Shown: positions 48,978 through 56,803, counted from the stretch's first letter. The stretch is 56,926 bases of DNA from Candidatus Limnocylindria bacterium (GCA_041499395.1 JBGQKH010000001.1:1-56926), one strand, 5' to 3'. Numbers and translations: made by a program. The notes: generated by a model not told the origin, from the sequence alone.

Positions 48978-49693
48978 GGCGACTCAGCCGATCGCGCCGG
49001 CTCCTCGAGGACTGCCATCGTGGCCGCCGCGGCATCCTCCTCGGCGCGCTGCCGGCTCGATCCGTGCCCCGTCCCGACCGGGCGGCCGTCGACGACGGCG
49101 ATCACCGTGAATGCCTGGCGGTGCGCAGGCCCGACCAGCTCGACCAGGTCGTACTGCGGCTTCTGATGGTGGTGGCGCTGGGTCCACTCCTGGAGCCGGC
49201 TCTTCGCCGACTTGGGCGGTTCGCCGGTACCGCCCGGAGCGAGGCGCGACGCGAAGAGGCTGCGCAGCCAGCGATGGGTGGGCCGATAGCCCTCGCTCAG
49301 CGCAACGGCGCCGGCAAGCGCCTCGAATGTGGCTGCAAGAAGCGACGGCCGCGTGGCTCCGCCTCCCTCGGCCTCGCCCCGACCAAGCAGCAGGTACCGA
49401 TCGAGGCCGAGCTCGGTCGCGATCTCGGCGAGCGAGTCGCGGTTCACCAGGGCGGCGCGACGGGCGGTCAGGAAGCCCTCGTCCTCATCGGGAAAGCGGT
49501 CGTAGAGGAGCCGGCTGACCACGTGGCCGATGACGGCATCACCGAGGAACTCGAGGCGCTCGTTGTGCCCGGGCAGCGCGCCGGGATTCTCGTTGAAGAA
49601 GGAGCTGTGGACGAACGCGTGGCGGATCGCTTCCGGGTCCCGCAGGACGATGCCGAGTCGCTCACCCAGCTCGTCGAGCTGCGGACTGGCCAT
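48974..49693 (-). CDS. rnc: Ribonuclease III
   Basis: NERLEFLGDAV, C-terminal dsRBD. ATGA overlap with the smc start. Confidence 0.93.
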   Translation of the reverse strand: MASPQLDELGERLGIVLRDPEAIRHAFVHSSFFNENPGALPGHNERLEFLGDAVIGHVVSRLLYDRFPDEDEGFLTARRAALVNRDSLAEIATELGLDRYLLLGRGEAEGGGATRPSLLAATFEALAGAVALSEGYRPTHRWLRSLFASRLAPGGTGEPPKSAKSRLQEWTQRHHHQKPQYDLVELVGPAHRQAFTVIAVVDGRPVGTGHGSSRQRAEEDAAAATMAVLEEPARSAESP

Positions 49694-49705
49694 GGCCCCC
49701 GATCG

Positions 49706-49948
49706 TTACTGCTGGTGCTCCTCGATGTACTCGACCGCGTCCGAGACCTTTTGGATCTTCTCCGCATCCTCGTCGGAGATCTCCATCCCGAACTCCTCCT
49801 CGAGGCTCATGATCAGCTCCACAAGGTCGAGCGAGTCCGCGTTCAGGTCCTCGACGAACGAGGCACCCAGCGTGACCTCCTCTTCGTCGACGCCGAGCTG
49901 CTCAACGATCAGCTTCTTGAGTCGGTCGAACGTGGTTCCTTCGGTCAC
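49706..49948 (-). CDS. acpP: Acyl carrier protein
   Basis: [24 protein letters not shown] 49948 is preceded by GGAGGAG at 7 nt. The 252-aa ORF extension was discarded. Confidence 0.92.
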   Translation of the reverse strand: MTEGTTFDRLKKLIVEQLGVDEEEVTLGASFVEDLNADSLDLVELIMSLEEEFGMEISDEDAEKIQKVSDAVEYIEEHQQ

Positions 49949-49950
49949 CG

Positions 49951-50403
49951 TCAGGCTCCTCCAGGCGATGATCTGGCAACGCTTCCCAAGACGCCGTTGA
50001 CGAGGCGGCGAGCCGCGTCCCCGGAGTAGGTCCGGGCAAGGGAAACGGCGTCGTGAATCGTCTCCCCGCTCGAGGTCGCGGCGGAGTATAGCACCTCCCA
50101 TAGTGCGCTCCGGAGGATCGTGCGCTCGACCCTGCCGAGCTCGCTGACGGGGATGGCGGGGGCCACCTGCGCGATCCGCGCGTCGAGCTCGGGGCGCCTG
50201 GCGATGACCCCGTTCACGATCGCCCGCGCGTGCGTTGCGATCTCCGGATCGGTCCCATGCTCCTCGAGCAGGCGCTCGAGCGAGGCGGTCGCCTGCGCCG
50301 GTCGGAACTCCTCCTCGAAGAGCGCCATCAGCGCCAGCCGCCGCGCCTCGAGGCCGGGCCGCGGCCGAAGCCGGCGTCGCTGCCTGGACGGTGCGCTGGT
50401 CAG
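49951..50403 (-). CDS. nusB: NusB-like antitermination factor; start codon unresolved
   Basis: [51 protein letters not shown]. The first canonical start is ATG 50328, inside the conserved Arg-rich helix. The 5' end is drawn at CTG 50403, which overlaps the plsX TGA, and is tentative. Confidence 0.7.
   Translation of the reverse strand: MTSAPSRQRRRLRPRPGLEARRLALMALFEEEFRPAQATASLERLLEEHGTDPEIATHARAIVNGVIARRPELDARIAQVAPAIPVSELGRVERTILRSALWEVLYSAATSSGETIHDAVSLARTYSGDAARRLVNGVLGSVARSSPGGA
50085..50093 (-). promoter_or_regulatory. Putative extended -10 (TGCTATACT) for acpP, embedded in nusB-like coding sequence
   Basis: Formed by codons GTG-CTA-TAC-TCC (V-L-Y-S), about 135 nt upstream of acpP. 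Shares the 15-mer TGCTATACTCCGCCG with the rplS promoter. Confidence 0.4.
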
Positions 50404-51470
50404 GCCTCGCCTCCAGGTCCGGCGACGAGCGGCTCCGTCCCCTCGACCAGCTCACCGCTGCCACGCCGCGCCAGCCCGGGATGCTGTCGCGTCCACTCGG
50501 CGATCGCCTCCGGAAGCCGCGCCGCCGCGGATTCCGAGGCCACGCGAATGGCGTTCTCGAGCATGCGGGCCCTGGCGCGCCCGTGCGTCACGATGCTCAC
50601 TCCGCGCACGCCGAGCAGCGGGGCCCCGCCATAACGCTCGTAATCGAAGCGGTGCTTCATCCGGTCGAAGCCCGGCTTCAGCGCAAGCAGCGCCAGCGGC
50701 GCGACGGGACCTTGCTGCAGGTCGGTGCGCAGCGATCGGAAGATATAGCTCGTCAGACCCTCGAAGAACTTGACCACGACGTTGCCGATGAAGCCGTCGC
50801 AGACCACCACGTCCGCCACGTGCCCGATCAGGTCGGTTCCCTCGACGTTGCCAACGAAGTTCAGCCCGCCCTCGCGGATGCGCCGATAGGCCTCGCGCGT
50901 CAGCGCGTCGCCCTTCTCCTCTTCCTCGCCGATGTTCAACAGGCCGATCCGCGGGCGCGGCACCTTGAGCACCTGCTCGGCGTAGATCGAGCCCATCACC
51001 GCGTAGTGCAGCAGGTTGGTGGCGTCGGAGTCCACGTTCGCCCCGACGTCGAGGATCAGGATCGGTCCGGTGGCGGTGACCAGGTGCGCAGCGAGCGCCG
51101 GCCGGTCGATCCCCTCGATCCGCCCGAGCCGGAAGACCGCGGCGGCCATGGTTGCGCCGGTGGAACCGGCGCTGACGACCCCATCGGCCAGGCCGTCGCG
51201 CACCAGGTCCGTGGCGACGCGGATCGAGGCGCGCCGCTTGGCGCGCAGTGCGGCAGCTGGGTGCTCCCCCATCTCGATCACCTCGGGCGCGTCGACGAAG
51301 GAGACGCTGGCCGGGTGCCCGCGGCCGAATTCAGCGATCTCGGCCTCGATGCGGGGCACGTCGCCGACCAGGATCACCTCGTCGGCATGCGAGGCAGCGT
51401 ACGTGATGGCGCCGCGCACGATCTCGCGTGGAGCGAAATCGCCGCCCATCGCGTCGACCGCGATGCGCAT
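50400..51470 (-). CDS. plsX: Phosphate acyltransferase PlsX
   Basis: [25 protein letters not shown]. Confidence 0.93.
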   Translation of the reverse strand: MRIAVDAMGGDFAPREIVRGAITYAASHADEVILVGDVPRIEAEIAEFGRGHPASVSFVDAPEVIEMGEHPAAALRAKRRASIRVATDLVRDGLADGVVSAGSTGATMAAAVFRLGRIEGIDRPALAAHLVTATGPILILDVGANVDSDATNLLHYAVMGSIYAEQVLKVPRPRIGLLNIGEEEEKGDALTREAYRRIREGGLNFVGNVEGTDLIGHVADVVVCDGFIGNVVVKFFEGLTSYIFRSLRTDLQQGPVAPLALLALKPGFDRMKHRFDYERYGGAPLLGVRGVSIVTHGRARARMLENAIRVASESAAARLPEAIAEWTRQHPGLARRGSGELVEGTEPLVAGPGGEA

Positions 51471-51483
51471 CAGGGGCGCCGCG

Positions 51484-51687
51484 TCAGCGCTGGCCTTCGG
51501 CCGGCGCGGTCGGTTCGATCGTCACGGCCTCGCGCCCGTCGTAGTAGCCGCAGGTCGGGCAGACGTGGTGCGCCAGCTTCAGCTCGTGGCAATGCGTGCA
51601 CTCGACGAGCGGCGGGGCGCTGATCGCCAGGTGGGAACGGCGCTCGCCCTGCCGGGCCTTCGAAACCTTTCGCTTGGGAACGCCCAC
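51484..51687 (-). CDS. rpmF: 50S ribosomal protein L32
   Basis: GVPKRKVSKARQGERRSH plus CxxC..CxxC zinc ribbon. GTG start with GGTAGGAG SD. Confidence 0.92.
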   Translation of the reverse strand: MGVPKRKVSKARQGERRSHLAISAPPLVECTHCHELKLAHHVCPTCGYYDGREAVTIEPTAPAEGQR

Positions 51688-51723
51688 GCGTGACTCCTAC
51701 CGTTGGTGCAGAGGGGACGCCGC

Positions 51724-51729
51724 AGTATA
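51724..51729 (-). promoter_or_regulatory. Putative -10 (TATACT) for rpmF-plsX
   Basis: Lies in the 81-nt yceD-rpmF spacer, about 37 nt upstream of the rpmF start. TCGCCG sits 17 nt upstream. Confidence 0.4.
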
Positions 51730-51768
51730 GCGGGCGATCCGCCGAGCGGCGATCGGGCTGTCCGGCGG

Positions 51769-52305
51769 TCAGTCACGAATCGCGTCGCGCAGCTTGGCCA
51801 GCGCCGCAAGGCGAGGGTCCGGCTCGTCGGCGACGCACGCGCAGCTCCCCACGTCCATGTGGCGGCCGCAGCCCGGGCAGAGTCCCGGGCAATCGGGGCG
51901 GCAGAGCGGATGCATCGGCTCGGTCAGGGCCAGTTCGTCGTGAAGCACGGGCGTCAGGTCGATCTGGTGCTGGGCGTCGATCGCGAGCGCTTCCTCATCT
52001 TCGGCCGGCGGCGCGAGCGGGATACCGCGGAGCGGGTCAACGCTCGGCAGGAACTCCTCGGCCAGCTGGAGCTGCACCGTCTCGACGTACGAGTCAAGGC
52101 AGCGCGCGCAGGTGCGACGCAGGGGCGCCTCCACGGAACCTTTCAGCAGGATGCCGCGGTTGGTGCGCTGCAGGCGGATTCGACCGTCGATGGGGCCGGC
52201 GAGCTCGATATCGGGCCCGACCGCGAGGTAGCGATCGCGCAGGGCCACGTCACGGATCGCTCCGGGCGCCTCCTGGAGCATCCCCGCCACGTTGAGGAAG
52301 ATCAC
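51769..52305 (-). CDS. yceD: YceD/DUF177-family protein (large-subunit rRNA accumulation protein)
   Basis: CARCLDSY..CRPDCPGLCPGCG Cys pairs. Lies upstream of rpmF, as in most bacteria. Confidence 0.85.
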   Translation of the reverse strand: MIFLNVAGMLQEAPGAIRDVALRDRYLAVGPDIELAGPIDGRIRLQRTNRGILLKGSVEAPLRRTCARCLDSYVETVQLQLAEEFLPSVDPLRGIPLAPPAEDEEALAIDAQHQIDLTPVLHDELALTEPMHPLCRPDCPGLCPGCGRHMDVGSCACVADEPDPRLAALAKLRDAIRD

Positions 52306-52832
52306 GGTCGCGCGGCGGAACCCAGCGGCTCGGACTCGGACTCGATCGGGAGGGCGGATGCCTCATCCGAAGGACGGCGTGGCGGACGGTAGCGCTCGTC
52401 GAGCATGTCGATCCCGCGCTTGATGCTGGTGAGCGCCTTGATGCACTCGCCCTCCAGCCTGATCAGGACGCCCGCCGCGTACTCGTCGGAGCCACGGCGA
52501 ATCTCCGCGGCCTCGCGCGTCGCGGTATCGATGATCTCCGCGGCGCGCTGCTTGGCGAGGCGCACGAGCTCGCGCTCCTCGAGCATGCGCGCCGCCTGCT
52601 CCTGGGCACGCGCGATGACCGCGTCCCCCTCCTCCCGCGAGCGCTCCGCGATCCGGCCGGCCTCCTCGGTGATCCGCTTGGCCTGGGTCACCTCTGGCGG
52701 CACGGCCACGCGCAGCTGGTCGATCAGCTCGAGGACGGCCGCCTGGTCGATGACCACGTTGTTCGTGAGGGGGAGCTTCTTGGCACTGGCCGCCAGCGAC
52801 TCAAGCCGCTCCACGAGGAAGATGATGTCCGT
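52302..52832 (-). CDS. Coiled-coil protein resembling mycobacterial SepIVA (Rv2927c, DivIVA-related) family; start codon unresolved
   Basis: DIIFLVERLESLAASAKKLPLTNNVVIDQAAVLELIDQLRVAVPPEV, then a long Ala/Glu/Arg helix. Occupies the coaD to DUF177 position seen in actinobacteria. The 5' end is drawn at ACG 52832, 8 nt after GGAGG. The first canonical in-spacer start is GTG 52814. Confidence 0.6.
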   Translation of the reverse strand, partial: TDIIFLVERLESLAASAKKLPLTNNVVIDQAAVLELIDQLRVAVPPEVTQAKRITEEAGRIAERSREEGDAVIARAQEQAARMLEERELVRLAKQRAAEIIDTATREAAEIRRGSDEYAAGVLIRLEGECIKALTSIKRGIDMLDERYRPPRRPSDEASALPIESESEPLGSAARP

Positions 52833-52869
52833 GGCTGCGCCCTCCCGCGACGAGTCCTGCGTGGCGGCG

Positions 52870-52875
52870 ATTATA
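52870..52875 (-). promoter_or_regulatory. Putative -10 (TATAAT) downstream of coaD stop
   Basis: GCTATAAT with TTCCCA 18 nt upstream, followed by GGGAGGG SD (52846-52840). Confidence 0.4.
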
Positions 52876-52890
52876 GCCGTCGGGACCGTC

Positions 52891-53382
52891 TCAGCCCGAG
52901 GTTGGGAAGCGGGAGCGGAGGGCGGCCGCGACCGGCTGCGGCACCATGCCGGCGATCTCCCCGCCGAACTGCGCGACCTCCTTGGCAAGGCTGCTGGAGA
53001 GGTATCCGAAGTCCAGGGCCGACATCAGGAAGACGGTGTCGACCCCCGGCTGCAGCTTGCGGTTGGTGTGGGCCATCTGAAGCTCCGCCTCGAAGTCGCT
53101 CACGGCGCGCAGGCCGCGAACGATGAAGCCCGCCCCCCGGCTGCGGGCGAACTCGACGGTCAGCCCATCGAAGCCGGCCACCTCGACGTTTCCGCCGAAC
53201 TCGCCGACAGCCGCGCTGATCTGCGCAATCCGCTCGTCGACGCTGAAGAGGGGTGACTTCTTCGGGTTGTTGAGGACGCCGATCACGAGCCGGTCGAAGA
53301 GGGCGGCGGCTCGGCGCGCGACGTCGAGGTGCGCGTTCGTCATCGGGTCGAACGAGCCGGGGAAGACCGCGACGCGACTCAT
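52891..53382 (-). CDS. coaD: Phosphopantetheine adenylyltransferase
   Basis: AVFPGSFDPMTNAHLDV, ISSSLAKEV. Confidence 0.93.
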   Translation of the reverse strand: MSRVAVFPGSFDPMTNAHLDVARRAAALFDRLVIGVLNNPKKSPLFSVDERIAQISAAVGEFGGNVEVAGFDGLTVEFARSRGAGFIVRGLRAVSDFEAELQMAHTNRKLQPGVDTVFLMSALDFGYLSSSLAKEVAQFGGEIAGMVPQPVAAALRSRFPTSG

Positions 53383-53942
53383 GGCTCCTCCTCTCCATCG
53401 GCCCGATCGGTCGCCGCCAGAAACGTGAGCGTCGTCTCACCGAAGCGGCGCTGACGCCAGGTCGCCAGGCCCCGCGGGGTCGGGATCGATGTGCGCCAGT
53501 GGTGCTTGATCACGACCATCGCGCCCGGCGCGAGGCGGCCAACGAGCCCCTCGAGCGGCGCGAGGATAGCACGCTCGCTGTACGGCGGATCAAGGATCAC
53601 AAGGTCGAACCGATCCCCGGCGGAGCCCGCCAGGTACTGCAGGACATCTCGTTGGTGGACCGATCCACGCTCGGCTAGGCCGGTGCGGTCCAGGTTCTCG
53701 CGGATGGCAGCCAGCGCGAACCGGTCCAGCTCCACGAAGTCGACGTGCGCGGCACCGCGGGAGATGGCCTCGATCCCCACCGCCCCGCTGCCCGCGTACA
53801 GGTCGAGCACTCGCGCCTCGGGTATCCGGTCAGCGAGGATCGCGAACAGGGTCTCCTTCACCCGATCGCTGATCGGGCGGGTCGCCGTGCCGCGCGGCGC
53901 CACCAGGTGCCGGCCGCGTGCCGTGCCGGCGATGACACGCAT
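53379..53942 (-). CDS. rsmD: 16S rRNA (guanine966-N2)-methyltransferase
   Basis: MRVIAGTARGR, RPISDRVKETLF, LDLYAGSGAVGIEAISRGA, DPPY. Confidence 0.9.
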   Translation of the reverse strand: MRVIAGTARGRHLVAPRGTATRPISDRVKETLFAILADRIPEARVLDLYAGSGAVGIEAISRGAAHVDFVELDRFALAAIRENLDRTGLAERGSVHQRDVLQYLAGSAGDRFDLVILDPPYSERAILAPLEGLVGRLAPGAMVVIKHHWRTSIPTPRGLATWRQRRFGETTLTFLAATDRADGEEEP

Positions 53943-56038
53943 CAGGCGGCGTCACCTTCGGCCTCGGCGGCGGTGTAGTCGTCGCGCAGCCGCACCAGCG
54001 CCGGGCGAAAGGCGAGCGACGGATCGGCCGCCACCAGGCGCCGGGCCAGGGCTCCGGCTCGCTCGGCCAGCGCGAGGTGCCGCGGCTCGAAGAGCGACGC
54101 GACGCGCAGTGGCGGCAGGCCCGATTGGCGCGTGCCGAGCAGGGTGCCGGCGCCGCGGAGGCGCAGGTCGGCCTCGGCGCTCGCGAAGCCGTCATTCGAG
54201 CTGCGCACCACCTCGAGGCGCTCGCGGGCGCGCTCGTCGGCCGCGTCGGTGAGCAGGATGCAGAAGGACCTCGCCGCTCCACGTCCCACCCGGCCCCGCA
54301 GCTGGTGCAGCTGAGCGAGCCCGAAGCGCTCAGCGTCCTCGATCAGCATGACCGATGCGTTCGGCACGTCGATCCCGACCTCGATCACGGTCGTCGCCAC
54401 CAGCAGGTCCATCTCCCCGGCGGCGAAGGCGGCCATCGTCGCGTCGCGGAGGTCGCTCCGCTGCTGGCCATGGACCAGCCCGATCCGCAGCTCGGGGAGC
54501 GCGGCCCGCAGCCGCTCGACCTCCGCCTCGGCCGACGCGACGCTGAGCGCCTCGCTCTCCGCGACCAGGGGGACCACCACGAACGACTGGCGCCCCGCCG
54601 CCGCCTCGGACGCCAGGAAGGGCTCGATGCGGGGAAGCGCCGACCGGGTGCGGAGCTCGGTGCGGATCGGCGTGCGGCCCGGGGGAAGCTCGTGGATCGA
54701 GCTGATCGACAGGTCGCCATAGAATGTGAGGGCCAGGGTCCGCGGGATCGGCGTGGCGGTGAGCGCCAGCAGGTGCGGCTCGAGCCCTGCCCCCTTGGCC
54801 TGGAGGGCGGCCCGCTGCGCCACCCCGAAGCGATGCTGCTCGTCGACGACCGCCAGTCCGAGCCGCTGGAAGACGACCGCCTCGCTGATGACCGCATGGG
54901 TCCCGATCACGACCTCGGCATCCCCCGCCTCGATGGCGTCGTGGATGCGTCCCTTGGCGGCAGCGGTGAGCGACCCGGACAGGAACTCGGCGCGCACGCC
55001 GAGCGCCCCGAGGAGCGGCGCCAGCCCGAGGTGATGCTGGCGAGCGAGGATCTCGGTCGGTGCCATCAGCGCCGCCTGCCAGCCGGCGCGGACCACACCC
55101 GCCAGGGCGATCGCGGCGACGGCCGTCTTGCCGCTCCCCACGTCACCCTGGAGGAGTCGCCGCATCGGCTGGTCCGAGGCGAGGTCGGCCACGATCTCGT
55201 CGACCGCGCGTCGCTGGTCGCCGGTCAGCTCGAACGGGAGCGCGGCCAGGAGCGCGCCCAGCTCCACGCCACCGATGATGACGCGCGCGGCCCGCAGGTC
55301 GGCGCGCGCGACGCGTGCCTGCGCCATCGTCAGCTGGAGCGCGAGCAGCTCGTCGAAGGCCAGGCGGTCGAGCGCCCCGGGCACGTCAGCCGCCTCCTCC
55401 GGGAAGTGCGCCGCGCGCAGAGCATCGGCCAGGGGTGGAAGGGCGCCGCGCTCCGCCGCGCGCAGCGGATCCGCGACGGCCGGCAGGGCGCGCTCGAGGA
55501 TGCGCGCCAGCAGCTCGCGCACGCGGCGCTGCGTGACGCCGGACACGAGCCGATAGACCGGGACGACCCGCGCCGTGTGGATCGATTCGTGGCCAACCGG
55601 CGAGAATTCCGGGGAGGTGAACTGCGGGCGCCAGCCGCGGAGGGTGACCTTGCCGCTCACCACCATCTCCGCGCCCGGCTCGAGGCGCCGCTCTACGTAG
55701 CGACGCCCGAACCAGATCGCTTCGGCCGTGCCGGTCAGGTCGGAGAGCTGTGCGATGACCCGCTGCGGGCGTCCGCCGAACCCCGGCTCCACGGTGACAT
55801 CGACGACGCGCACCCTCGCCGACTGCTTCTCATCCGGGACGAGGTCGCCCAGCGTTCTCAGGTCGCTGAAATCGTCGTAGCGGAACGGCAGGTAGAAGAG
55901 CGCCTGCCTGGGCGTTCCGATCCCGAGGCGTGCGAGCGTGCCGGCTCCGCGCGCGAGCTCCGGCATCACCTTGCGAATCGGCGCGTCGAGATCATGTGGG
56001 GCGAGGGGCTCGGGCGCGCGCCGCCCCGCTGATTGCAT
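53942..56038 (-). CDS. recG: ATP-dependent DNA helicase RecG
   Basis: Wedge/OB N-domain, GDVGSGKT, DEQHRFG, QLHQLRGRVGRG. Confidence 0.93.
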   Translation of the reverse strand: MQSAGRRAPEPLAPHDLDAPIRKVMPELARGAGTLARLGIGTPRQALFYLPFRYDDFSDLRTLGDLVPDEKQSARVRVVDVTVEPGFGGRPQRVIAQLSDLTGTAEAIWFGRRYVERRLEPGAEMVVSGKVTLRGWRPQFTSPEFSPVGHESIHTARVVPVYRLVSGVTQRRVRELLARILERALPAVADPLRAAERGALPPLADALRAAHFPEEAADVPGALDRLAFDELLALQLTMAQARVARADLRAARVIIGGVELGALLAALPFELTGDQRRAVDEIVADLASDQPMRRLLQGDVGSGKTAVAAIALAGVVRAGWQAALMAPTEILARQHHLGLAPLLGALGVRAEFLSGSLTAAAKGRIHDAIEAGDAEVVIGTHAVISEAVVFQRLGLAVVDEQHRFGVAQRAALQAKGAGLEPHLLALTATPIPRTLALTFYGDLSISSIHELPPGRTPIRTELRTRSALPRIEPFLASEAAAGRQSFVVVPLVAESEALSVASAEAEVERLRAALPELRIGLVHGQQRSDLRDATMAAFAAGEMDLLVATTVIEVGIDVPNASVMLIEDAERFGLAQLHQLRGRVGRGAARSFCILLTDAADERARERLEVVRSSNDGFASAEADLRLRGAGTLLGTRQSGLPPLRVASLFEPRHLALAERAGALARRLVAADPSLAFRPALVRLRDDYTAAEAEGDAA

Positions 56039-56053
56039 GCCCCGATCGTAGCG

Positions 56054-56062
56054 TGCTAGGAT
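56054..56062 (+). promoter_or_regulatory. Putative extended -10 (TGCTAGGAT) for rpmB
   Basis: Lies in the recG/rpmB divergent spacer, about 65 nt upstream of the rpmB ATG. Confidence 0.3.
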
Positions 56063-56126
56063 CGGGCCGTTCCGGCGGCGCCGAGGTCAGGTGCGCCGGT
56101 TCGTTCGTGAATGGAGCAACCCTCAA

Positions 56127-56318
56127 ATGGCACGTGCGTGTGAGATCTGTGGCAAGCGGCCGCTCAGCGGCTGGAACCCGCAGTCGGTCGGGATGAACCG
56201 CAAGCGCGCCCTGCGCCGATGGCTTCCGAACCTCCAGCCGACCGTCGTCCAGCGCAATGGGGTCGCCGTCCGCGTGCGCGCCTGCTCTCGCTGCATCCGC
56301 ACCTCCGAGAAGGTCTGA
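56127..56318 (+). CDS. rpmB: 50S ribosomal protein L28
   Basis: MARACEICGKRPLSGWN..SHA-like core. GGAG lies upstream of ATG 56127. Confidence 0.9.
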   Translation: MARACEICGKRPLSGWNPQSVGMNRKRALRRWLPNLQPTVVQRNGVAVRVRACSRCIRTSEKV

Positions 56319-56336
56319 ACGAGCGCTCCGCGGGCG

Positions 56337-56798
56337 TCAGCCCGTGCCAATGGCTTCGGCGCCGGCCTCAAGGACGAGGGTGAACGGCCCGTCGTTCACC
56401 AGCTCAACCTCCATCTCCGCCCCGAAGCGCCCCGTCACGACCCGGCGCCCCGCGGCGCGTAGCCGCTCCACGAACCGCGCCACCAGTGGCTCAGCGACCT
56501 CGGGCGCGGCCGCATCGGTGAATCCCGGGCGTCGGCCACGGCGCAGATCGGCGAGCAGGGTGAACTGGCTCACGACGAGATACTCGCCGCCGACCTCGTC
56601 GATCGCCAGGTTGGTGCGACCCTGCGGGTCCTCGAAGTAGCGAAGCCCCAGCAGCCGGTCGGCCATTCGCTCCACCACCTCCGCCGTGTCCCCCACCCCG
56701 ATCCCGACGAGGACTGCTGCCCCGCGGTCGATCTGCCCGAGCGACTCGCCATCGGCCCGCACCTCCGCCCGTGCCACGCGCTGCACGACGAGACGCAT
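56337..56798 (-). CDS. dtd: D-aminoacyl-tRNA deacylase
   Basis: MRLVVQRV, VVSQFTLLAD, NDGPFT. Confidence 0.92.
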   Translation of the reverse strand: MRLVVQRVARAEVRADGESLGQIDRGAAVLVGIGVGDTAEVVERMADRLLGLRYFEDPQGRTNLAIDEVGGEYLVVSQFTLLADLRRGRRPGFTDAAAPEVAEPLVARFVERLRAAGRRVVTGRFGAEMEVELVNDGPFTLVLEAGAEAIGTG

Positions 56799-56803
56799 CG
56801 GCG

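Noticed and set aside
52833-52988. TTG 52988 as start of the SepIVA-like gene
   Set aside because: It would overlap coaD by 98 nt, add a Ser/Arg/Pro-rich segment without homology, and lie upstream of the TATAAT/SD pair found after the coaD stop.
54077-56032. 651-aa plus-strand ORF
   Set aside because: It is antisense to recG, which carries the GDVGSGKT and DEQHRFG motifs. Shadow ORF.
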